In this document: positions 32,724 to 40,357 of the stretch, in pieces
Numbering within the stretch: position 1 is the first letter of the stretch
Layout: each line of letters opens with the position of its first letter
IMG/VR virus record: IMGVR_UViG_3300044852_000021
Location: 1-41,591 of that record
Reading direction: 5' to 3' (one strand)
DNA: 41,591 nucleotides
Source of the DNA: a virus
Taxonomy: Duplodnaviria > Caudoviricetes
Notes under the pieces: generated by a model
Seen by the model: the letters and a program-made list of their open reading frames with translations, nothing else
What the model was told of the DNA's origin: nothing
Database searches by the model: none
Program-made: the position numbers and the translations under genes

Positions 32724-34122
32724 CAACAACCCCCTGCGTCGGCGTCTTCACGGCAGCAGCCAACGCATCTAGGCGATTACCCGCGCTTGCTCGACGTCGG
32801 TCAGTCCGCAAGCGGTCAACCGTCGTCTGGTCGTAGCCGGACTCCTCAAGAGCGACATCAGACTCAGCCATCCACGGGAAAGCCGCAATCTGCTTGGCAA
32901 CAAAGTCGCCACGAGCCGCCATCGTCGGAGTATCCACCCGAGCCCACTTAGCCCGGAGGCCCAAAAGCTCGGCAGGCAACCCGCCATCACGGATCGTCAC
33001 AGCCATCTGCATAGCCTCAACCCAGCCAGCCCCGAAAGGCTCCCAGGAACGCTCAGCCTCCGAATACAGCGCCATATAGGCCGACTGCATCGCAGCATCA
33101 GACGCCGGATTTTCATGGATGATACCCAGCGCACTAACAGGGATGTTCGTCTCACCAGCGAACAGCGCCGCATCGGAACGGATCATGTCAAGATGCGGCT
33201 GCATCGTCATCTGCGGGAACTGCTGAACGGTCGGGATCTCGCCGTCATCATCACGGCTAATCACCAACAGCTTGCCGATAGTGGTTTCCCACCCGGACTT
33301 AAGCTGACCATCAGGCCCAACGAAAGCATCCTCGTCAGCGCCAAGAATGGCGCGCTGCGGGGCACTGTTGAACTCCGCCGAAATCTCCATACGCAGAAGC
33401 GTCCGAGCCACCCGCTCAGTGATCGTCATGACGCCGCGAGTAATCCGCGAACGACCAAACGGCTCCTCAATGGAAGGCTTGAATGGAAGCACCGCAATCG
33501 GGCAGCGCTTCAGGCCATGCGGGCGCTCATCAATGCCCCACTTCGCACCGTCATAACCAGCCGTAATCACGCGGTCATCCAGGAACAAGATGAACTCGGT
33601 AGGCTGATAAACGCCGTTCACGCGGGCCGAAGAAATGACAGTCAGCGCCGCAGTAACCCTGCGTAGAACAGGATCCCAAATCGCCGTCGATGACACCGGG
33701 GAAAGATTGCGGATAACAACCGCAGGTTCGCCGCGGCCGGAATCCCCAGCGACAACAGCAAGGAACGCCACCCCATACTTCAGCGCCGAAACATGCGCCT
33801 GCGTAGCCTCAATACCAAGACGGTTGTCCCGCCAAATTTCATCAAGCCGGAAATCCGCGGCAGTACCATCCGGGATCACATAACCCTCGAGGTTGATCAG
33901 CGACTCCAACGCCTCAACAGCCTTAGCCGGCCACATCAGCGTCGTCTCAACCTTCTCCAACTGCTGCGGAACCGCAATACCAAGATGCCGGGCCTTGTAC
34001 TTGCCATCAAACATCCTGGTCCGGCGATCATTGATCCACCGCTTAGCGTCCAACTGAGCCCAGCACGCATCAAACGCCGCCTGCGCCACATCATCAAGGC
34101 CGATCTGCATACCACGCATCAA
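32683..34122 (-). CDS. Portal protein
   Basis: WPAKAVEAL, ALKYGVAF, PFGRSRIT and APQRAILG. Confidence 0.9.
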   Translation of the reverse strand: MMRGMQIGLDDVAQAAFDACWAQLDAKRWINDRRTRMFDGKYKARHLGIAVPQQLEKVETTLMWPAKAVEALESLINLEGYVIPDGTAADFRLDEIWRDNRLGIEATQAHVSALKYGVAFLAVVAGDSGRGEPAVVIRNLSPVSSTAIWDPVLRRVTAALTVISSARVNGVYQPTEFILFLDDRVITAGYDGAKWGIDERPHGLKRCPIAVLPFKPSIEEPFGRSRITRGVMTITERVARTLLRMEISAEFNSAPQRAILGADEDAFVGPDGQLKSGWETTIGKLLVISRDDDGEIPTVQQFPQMTMQPHLDMIRSDAALFAGETNIPVSALGIIHENPASDAAMQSAYMALYSEAERSWEPFGAGWVEAMQMAVTIRDGGLPAELLGLRAKWARVDTPTMAARGDFVAKQIAAFPWMAESDVALEESGYDQTTVDRLRTDRRRASAGNRLDALAAAVKTPTQGVVDVNATADAVRAGQ

Positions 34123-35621
34123 AGAACCAATGCCTTCCCCCCGGAATCACCGGACTTGCGTTTCTTGGCAAACTTCACAGCACCGAAATGGGCGGCGGTT
34201 ACGGACATAATCTGCGTCAAATCAATCTCGAACGTCTTGCGATTCCACTTCCACGCGCCACCCTCGCCGAACTTCTGCTTCACAGCACCAGCCAACGAGG
34301 CGTCAAGCGATTCCTGCCCGTAATGAGTCACAGATTTGTCCTTCATCACAGCGTCATAGAGCCCGCCGCAAGCCTGCGACAGTTCGTTAGGCCCAAGGAT
34401 GAACACCCGGACCTTCTTAGCCTTCAGCGCGGCCTCAATCGACCGGATAGGCGAATATGCGTCCATCACAACCGGCGCGTGCCGGCCGGCGCGGGCAAAC
34501 ACCCAATCAATGAGAGCCTTCGAGCCCTCATCCGAAAATGGGGCATCCTCCACCACCTCAACATGCACGCCATGCGGCGCATGAGCGGCAACAGCGATAG
34601 TCACCTTCGTCCGCTCCGGGTTCATGTCCAGGCCGATGGCAGCAAGCGGCCAATCTTCTGGCACCTCATCGAGACGGCGCTCATCCCATGAGCCGGCAGG
34701 GATCGCGGCGGAAGTCTTGCCCGCAATAGGCCACATATTCAGCCGCTCCCGGGCGAACGAACGCGCCGAAAACTGCTTCAACTCAGACTCAACCGTCGTC
34801 TGATTGATGCGGAAGCCAAGAGCCGGATTAGCGTCCTCCCAATTGCCCTTATCGGCAATGAACTTCACCAACTCATCCGGCGACATCTCGTCAACATCAC
34901 CGACAGCGGAAAACTCAACCCAAGCAGCGCGCTTATCCGAACCATCAACCGCGCCATTGCGGACCCGAACAAAAGGCTCCCCAAGCTCGCCCATATCCTT
35001 CGGAGGCGTGCCCATGTAAATCGTCACAGGGTCACCAGAGGGCGCCGCGGAGATCGTAGGCAGCAGAGCCTCTAGCTCATGCTCCTGAAGCTCCTGCGCC
35101 TCATCCAGCACCAAAACATCAACCGTGAAGCCGCGGCCCGAACCCTTAGATCGGGCCACAACCTCAATCAGTCCGCCATTACGAAGCTCAACAGCTTCCT
35201 GCCCGTTCGTGTTGCGGACTTCCTTCACCAGAGCGTTGAGTTCAGGGAACTTAGCCGTGGGATCGTTCGCACGCTCACCAAAGAAGAACTTGATCCGCTT
35301 GAACGCCTTGCGCGCCGTCTTGATCTCGTGGGCAGTGTGGAGGAACTTCAACCCAAGGGCCACGGTCCCATACAGCTCGACAATCTCAAGCGAACCGTTC
35401 TTTCCGTTCTGCCTCGGGACACTCACGCCCCACGTAGAGGAACACCACAAGCCCTTACGGCCACGACGTAGCCACGAACGGCAAACCGCCTCCTGCCAAG
35501 GATCAGCAGTCAGCCCATAAGCCGCAGCAAAAGCAACCGCCAAGTCGGCATCCTCAACACTGAAACCCTTCGGAGCCGGCGCAGTATCGAACCGTGGCAA
35601 CTGGGAACCCCGAAGCGCCAC
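34119..35621 (-). CDS. terL: Terminase large subunit
   Basis: VPRQNGKN (Walker A), LVLDEAQ (Walker B), YMGTPP, ANPALG and nuclease GLD. Confidence 0.95.
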   Translation of the reverse strand: MALRGSQLPRFDTAPAPKGFSVEDADLAVAFAAAYGLTADPWQEAVCRSWLRRGRKGLWCSSTWGVSVPRQNGKNGSLEIVELYGTVALGLKFLHTAHEIKTARKAFKRIKFFFGERANDPTAKFPELNALVKEVRNTNGQEAVELRNGGLIEVVARSKGSGRGFTVDVLVLDEAQELQEHELEALLPTISAAPSGDPVTIYMGTPPKDMGELGEPFVRVRNGAVDGSDKRAAWVEFSAVGDVDEMSPDELVKFIADKGNWEDANPALGFRINQTTVESELKQFSARSFARERLNMWPIAGKTSAAIPAGSWDERRLDEVPEDWPLAAIGLDMNPERTKVTIAVAAHAPHGVHVEVVEDAPFSDEGSKALIDWVFARAGRHAPVVMDAYSPIRSIEAALKAKKVRVFILGPNELSQACGGLYDAVMKDKSVTHYGQESLDASLAGAVKQKFGEGGAWKWNRKTFEIDLTQIMSVTAAHFGAVKFAKKRKSGDSGGKALVL

Positions 35622-35635
35622 GACAACACCACCCT

Positions 35636-35881
35636 CTAGCCGGACTTAGCCTGCCGCTCAGCAATCTTCTTCATCAAGCCATCAAGCGGAGTCGCAACGG
35701 CGCCAGTGGCAGAATCGGCCTGGCTCAGTTCATCAATCTGCAAAAGGACATCCGTAAACTGCCGCGAGAGAGCCGCAACATCACGCGACTGCTCCGCGGT
35801 ATCTATCTCCTGCGCCAGGCGGTCACGCAGTGCCACAAGGCCAGCAAGCCGGCCCTTCGGAGCCTCGTCAGACAAGCTCAT
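35636..35881 (-). CDS. terS: Terminase small subunit
   Basis: LRDRLAQEID...RDVAALSRQ; directly upstream of terL; GGAGG RBS. Confidence 0.75.
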   Translation of the reverse strand: MSLSDEAPKGRLAGLVALRDRLAQEIDTAEQSRDVAALSRQFTDVLLQIDELSQADSATGAVATPLDGLMKKIAERQAKSG

Positions 35882-35922
35882 AACGCCTCCAGACGTGAAA
35901 ACCGGGTCGCGGGGGGAGAATT

Positions 35923-35944
35923 GTCGCTATGCCGGAGGAGCGAC
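35923..35944. other. Candidate cos site
   Basis: GTCGCT-ATGCCGGAGG-AGCGAC: a 6-bp inverted repeat around 10 bp, flanked by G runs, between the HNH gene and terS. Confidence 0.5.
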
Positions 35945-35972
35945 CGTTGGGCCGGGGGAGGGGGTGGGTGCC

Positions 35973-36272
35973 CTACCATTTCCGGCTGGTTTTGAGCACT
36001 TTCGGCGTTGTGCTTGCCTTTGGTGCGTTTCGGTGCCCTTTTGACTGGTTGCAGCGCCTACAGATGACTTCGAGGTTGTCTACGTGGTCGCGTCCACCTG
36101 CTGACCATGGGATGAGGTGGTCTGGTTCGGCGCTGTTGGGCTTTAGCCCTTGCTTGTAGTCAAGTTCTACCTTGCAGTGTCGGCAGTGCGTGACGCCTGT
36201 GCGTTTGGCTTTGGCTAGGGCTTGCGCTCTTGCCCGCTTCCATGTGGCAGTCCCTGTGCGTGACGTCGCCAC
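35973..36272 (-). CDS. Packaging-associated HNH endonuclease
   Basis: CRHC...EPDHLIPWSAGG...DNLEVICRRCNQSKG; upstream of terS. Confidence 0.9.
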   Translation of the reverse strand: MATSRTGTATWKRARAQALAKAKRTGVTHCRHCKVELDYKQGLKPNSAEPDHLIPWSAGGRDHVDNLEVICRRCNQSKGHRNAPKASTTPKVLKTSRKW

Positions 36273-36281
36273 CCTCGCCCC

Positions 36282-36518
36282 TTAGTCGTCGTCGGTGTCG
36301 CAGTCGGACATGACGGTTTCGGCGTAGTGGAGTAGGCCGATTGCGTGGTGGTAGGGCAGGTCGCTATCCCTGTAGTAGTACCCTGTGCGGCCTGCTGTTT
36401 GCGTGACTGTTGATGCGACGAATAGCCATTCGGTGAGGTATTCGGGCGGGCCATCATTGACGTCGGCTACGTGCGCGGCGATGGCGTCGTGTATTGCCTG
36501 GAACGTTGCGTCACTCAT
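36282..36518 (-). CDS. Hypothetical protein
   Basis: 78-aa ORF, GGAGG RBS, ATGA coupling. Confidence 0.75.
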   Translation of the reverse strand: MSDATFQAIHDAIAAHVADVNDGPPEYLTEWLFVASTVTQTAGRTGYYYRDSDLPYHHAIGLLHYAETVMSDCDTDDD

Positions 36519-37843
36519 GCCGCTACCTCCATGCCGTCAATGAGTGCTACACCGTTGCGGATGCGGTAGACGTGCGGCCATGATTCGGTGTCGTTGTAGT
36601 AGGCGATCCCGAACCCTTGCTGCCAGTTCTCTACGATCCTTGCCGGCGTGCCATCAGCGCCGATAGCGCCGTTGACGCTGGGCACTGCACCGTCTACACG
36701 GCAGAGGCAGCCGGGGTTAGCCGAGTATGACTCGATGGCTTCACCTCGGGCGCCCATGACTGAGCGGTAGGTGATTTCTACGCGGTGCGTGTGGCCTGCC
36801 CATGTGTTGAGGTGGGGCAGCTCGAAGACGTACTGCGATGTCGTACTGCCGCGGCTGTTGGCTTTGGTGCCGTGGATGTTGCGGGTTGTCGCGTTGTCCC
36901 AGTCGGTCGCGGCGGGGTAGGCGTCAACGTATTGGATGTTCAGCTCATCCAGGCGCAACAGGTAGGGCAGGCTCATGACGGGCCATGACTCAGGCAGGTT
37001 CGCCCGCTTGAGTCCGAACGCTGCTAGCGCGTTGGCTTCGATGAAGTTCTGCATGCGCTTGTCATGGTTGCCTTCGATGACGACTATCTCGGCATCGGGG
37101 CATGCGGCGCGCAACGTGGCGAGGAACTTGTGACCGGTGTCGATTGCTTCCTGCGTCGTGCTTGCGAAGGCGGCTTCTTGCGCGAATCGGCCTTGCGACG
37201 CGAGGTCTAGGAAGTCGCCAAGGATCTGGATCTTGTCAGGCTGCATCTTGTGGGCGGTCTTCGTGAAGACGTCCATGGCGGCTTGGTCGTGGAACGGGTC
37301 AAGGGATCCGTCAGCGAGTCGTCGGTAGCCGATCTGTGTGTCAGCGCCCTTGAGTGCCAGCTTCATGCCGCGGACGGGCTTTGCTGGCGTGTTGGTGATG
37401 GTGACGTTGACCGGCGCTGCGGGCTGAATGACAGGCCATGCGGGGGAGCCGTCAGCCGTTGCGCCAATGGGGCGCACGTTGAGCAACTTGTTCCATGCCC
37501 CGCCTGCGGGGTTGGAAGTCCAGCCCCAGGTAAACGTTACGGCGTCCGGGTCCTGCCCAGTTGAGCGGATGAATGCCCGGTAGTCCTCGAAGCCCCACGG
37601 CTTATCGCTGAACCTTGTGTAACTGCTAGAGCCGTCCGGGTTGTGCTGCTCGGACTCGCCGCTATTTAGGGCTGGTGCCGCAACGAGCAAATCGGGGACT
37701 GTTGTTGCTCGTTCGCAAGCGCAATTACCCGAACGGTGCGAGTTGATGGCCGACTTGCCCATACCGAGGAACCGTGCGGCCTGACGTGATGTCATGGCTT
37801 CAGTGTTCGCCGTTGACGCGGCTCCGTACTTGCAGAGTGACAT
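36515..37843 (-). CDS. Calcineurin-like metallophosphoesterase with an N-terminal HTH-like region
   Basis: ADTQ, LGDFLD, EGNHD, IHG and GHTHR motifs. Confidence 0.85.
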   Translation of the reverse strand: MSLCKYGAASTANTEAMTSRQAARFLGMGKSAINSHRSGNCACERATTVPDLLVAAPALNSGESEQHNPDGSSSYTRFSDKPWGFEDYRAFIRSTGQDPDAVTFTWGWTSNPAGGAWNKLLNVRPIGATADGSPAWPVIQPAAPVNVTITNTPAKPVRGMKLALKGADTQIGYRRLADGSLDPFHDQAAMDVFTKTAHKMQPDKIQILGDFLDLASQGRFAQEAAFASTTQEAIDTGHKFLATLRAACPDAEIVVIEGNHDKRMQNFIEANALAAFGLKRANLPESWPVMSLPYLLRLDELNIQYVDAYPAATDWDNATTRNIHGTKANSRGSTTSQYVFELPHLNTWAGHTHRVEITYRSVMGARGEAIESYSANPGCLCRVDGAVPSVNGAIGADGTPARIVENWQQGFGIAYYNDTESWPHVYRIRNGVALIDGMEVAA

Positions 37844-38008
37844 ATGGGCTCCCCGTGCTCAGTGGGTGAAAGGTGCATCTGGTTTGGCTTCCGGTTTGCC
37901 TGATGCGGTTGTCCGGTGATGCTCCCTCGGTTTGCGGCTTGTCCTCGCGGGGCCGACTTTCCGGGGAAGAGTGCGCAATTGCTTCTTCATCGAAGCTTTA
38001 GCGTGAAG

Positions 38009-38084
38009 TGGCAAGGGTGACAGGACTCGAACCTGCGACATTCGGTTTTGGAGACCGACGCTCTACCAACTGAGCTACACCGAT
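38009..38084 (-). tRNA. trnW: tRNA-Trp(CCA) with encoded CCA end and two acceptor-stem mismatches
   Basis: ATCGGTG TA GCTC AGTTGGTA GAGC G TCGGT CTCCAAA ACCGA ATGTC GCAGG TTCGAGT CCTGT CACCCTT G CCA. Confidence 0.85.
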
Positions 38085-38575
38085 ATGTGCCATTTGCCGC
38101 ACGTCTGCGGCTCTCAGTGGCGCATGGCTGCACCCTCCCTGACCTTGGCTTGCGGCGTTATCGCAAGTCAGAGGGCGGGAAGTAAATCCCTGACGCCGGC
38201 GCCCGCGCTGTTGAGCGTCAGGCGGGCTGCGTGCGCGGAACTCCCGTAGGTTCTCGCGGCTTATCCGCTCCGGCGTCAGGAAACTTAGTGGTTTGTCAAA
38301 CAAGTGAAGATGCGATTTCGCGTTTAGTGTTGTACCAGGCCCCGCCTTGGTGCACCGTGGCGGGGTCCGGCGTTGCTGCGGTCACCAGCCGCGGCTCTTG
38401 CTTTCCCGGCTAGCGGGGAAGTGTGGGTGGCGTGTCTCTCGACATGGCCGGTGCTGCGTATCGGTGCAGCCCGAGATACTGACCTCCTAGGAGTCCGTGC
38501 GTATCTGGTGTTTTGGCGCCACGATGGGGGAGCGTGGCGCCAAGTGTGAAGGCCCGCGTGGAAGGTTTCGGGCAT
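38085..38575 (-). ncRNA. Candidate structured non-coding RNA / late leader
   Basis: Near-continuous hairpins, two perfect 11-bp helices, cUACGg and GAGA tetraloops, no credible ORF. Confidence 0.45.
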
Positions 38576-38608
38576 AAAAAATGACCGGTCGCTTATGCGA
38601 TACCGGTC
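38576..38608 (-). terminator. Terminator just downstream of the putative late promoter
   Basis: Minus strand GACCGGTATCGCATAAGCGACCGGTC-ATTTTTT. Confidence 0.75.
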
Positions 38609-38671
38609 TGATCGGGAAACACTTCTTCCCTCAAAATGAAACACTACACGATCTAGTCCATATGCGCTAGT

Positions 38672-39256
38672 TCATTTCCCCCGCGTGTCGGACCAGACTT
38701 TGAGAACTTCGTGCGGGTGGTACGTGGGGACGGGTTCGCGTTCGACTGCAACGAGCTTCCCGCGGCCCGCCCAGTTGCGAATGTCCATGCTCGTGATCGC
38801 AATCTTGGCGTTGGTCCTGAGCCAGGGGAGCAGTTCACGGGTTGGCATGGGCGGGGCAATGTCGCGTACCCGTTCCCTGAGTGCGTCATGGTTCACGAGG
38901 ACTTCTTCCGGGCCGTAGACGAGGGCGCGTGCAGACCGAACCCAGATCCGCGCCATGTATAGCGTGCGTCCTGCGTCGGGGTTGTCCATCGCCTCGCCAT
39001 GCGCACGCTCAGGCAGCGAACCCAGCCAAGCCTGCAACATCATCGCGTCGAGACTTCCTGGCGGCTTAGAACCAGTAACGCCGCCGCCTCCACCGGATCC
39101 CGGCTTGCGAACAACAGATGTTCCCTCCCGTGCGCCGGCAAGCATCGGAATCAGCGCCGGAACATCCCTCAAAAGCCCGTCAAGCTCCACAATGTGATCC
39201 GTGCACAAGTACAGGCTCGTCGGCTGGTGGCAACCATCATCCGTGCAGTAACTCAC
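38672..39256 (-). CDS. Putative late-gene regulator (N-terminal Zn finger, C-terminal HTH)
   Basis: C...C...LCTDH N-terminus; ITSMDIRNWAGRGKL...PTYHPHEV; last early gene before the late leader. Confidence 0.65.
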   Translation of the reverse strand: MSYCTDDGCHQPTSLYLCTDHIVELDGLLRDVPALIPMLAGAREGTSVVRKPGSGGGGGVTGSKPPGSLDAMMLQAWLGSLPERAHGEAMDNPDAGRTLYMARIWVRSARALVYGPEEVLVNHDALRERVRDIAPPMPTRELLPWLRTNAKIAITSMDIRNWAGRGKLVAVEREPVPTYHPHEVLKVWSDTRGK

Positions 39257-39435
39257 GCTTTCCCCTTCCGTGCCATCTTGTGAACCCAGCGGATAGCCGC
39301 TGCGTGGGTTCTGAATCTGTCGGACCTGCCACCAATGCGTGCCAGCCATGGCTTACTGGTCGAGTAGGGCAGCCTGTTGAGTGTCCGAATATCGGCGGTG
39401 GCTGTGTAGTTCTGATTGATGATCTTCGCCTTCAC
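39253..39435 (-). CDS. Hypothetical protein
   Basis: 60-aa basic ORF, GTGA coupling, GGAGG RBS. Confidence 0.7.
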   Translation of the reverse strand: MKAKIINQNYTATADIRTLNRLPYSTSKPWLARIGGRSDRFRTHAAAIRWVHKMARKGKA

Positions 39436-39827
39436 GATTCCTCCTGGCTGATTGTGATGATGACCGCGGCTGGCCCCTTGCCGCCTTGACGCAGGTCCGG
39501 GCCGATCAGGTGGTTGTTGGTGTCGTCGGGGATGAGGCCGTAGTCCACGAGTCCGTCTACGCAGGCTTTGAGCGTTGGCATGAGGTTGTGAACGTCATAC
39601 TGACGGGCGGTGGGCTTGGTGATGTGGGCTACGATATGGACGCGGTCGAGGCCCTTGGGGAGCTCGGCTAGGTGTGCGCCGAGTAGCGCGTTACGTCTCC
39701 ACGCCCGGGTTAGTTCGGCCTTGGGTGCCCAGTGCATTCTTTGGTTCGCGTTGAGCCACTTGATGGACGCGGGGATGGTGATGGTCCACGTCCCCGCCTT
39801 CTTCGCCGATGCTCTCGTGCGGGTCAT
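39432..39827 (-). CDS. rusA: RusA-like Holliday junction resolvase
   Basis: LNANQRMHW and YDVHNLMPTLKACVDGLVDYGLIPDD. Confidence 0.85.
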   Translation of the reverse strand: MTRTRASAKKAGTWTITIPASIKWLNANQRMHWAPKAELTRAWRRNALLGAHLAELPKGLDRVHIVAHITKPTARQYDVHNLMPTLKACVDGLVDYGLIPDDTNNHLIGPDLRQGGKGPAAVIITISQEES

Positions 39828-40357
39828 GCGGCTGCTCCTTTAACTGGAAAAGCCGCCTGGTTTGGGCGGCTTCGGTCTGCGTCGTTATGCGTTTGTAGTT
39901 CGCTGCGTTTGGCTATTACCGCTGCCTCGGCGTCATCTAGGTTGATGAAGTAGCCGACGTGGAGCACTCTGTTGTGGTGGCTTACCTGCGCTACCCATCG
40001 GCTACTTTTGGCCCGCCAACTGACGCCGCGGACGCCACTCGTGTTGGTGCGAAGTGGTCCCGAGTGGTTCTCCATGTTCTGCTTCCGCGTGACCTTGCGT
40101 AGGTGCGCTGGGTTGCAACACGCTCTGTTGTGGCAAGTGTGGTCTACCTCAATGGACGTTGATAGTTTCTCGCCGGTATACACCTCCCACATGACGCGGT
40201 GGGCAACATAGCGCCGACTGCGCATTTTGAACCGCCCATAGCCGGTGCTGTTCTTGTTGCCCTCCCAGCCCCAGCAATCACCCTCCGTATTCACGCTGGC
40301 GTAGAACCTTTCGACCTCAGCCGGTGTCAGCGTGGGGATCTCGTTAGTTATTGGCAT
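39824..40357 (-). CDS. HNH homing endonuclease with AP2-like domain
   Basis: CWGWEG, AHRVMWE, DHTCHNRACCNPAHL and NTSGVRGVSW; GGAGG RBS before ATG 40357. Confidence 0.9.
   Translation of the reverse strand: MPITNEIPTLTPAEVERFYASVNTEGDCWGWEGNKNSTGYGRFKMRSRRYVAHRVMWEVYTGEKLSTSIEVDHTCHNRACCNPAHLRKVTRKQNMENHSGPLRTNTSGVRGVSWRAKSSRWVAQVSHHNRVLHVGYFINLDDAEAAVIAKRSELQTHNDADRSRPNQAAFPVKGAAA

Noticed and set aside
37859-38644. ORFs 37859..38041, 37998..38303 and 38324..38644 as proteins
   Set aside because: No RBS or coupling, overlap the tRNA or terminator, and low-complexity Arg/Pro/Ala translations
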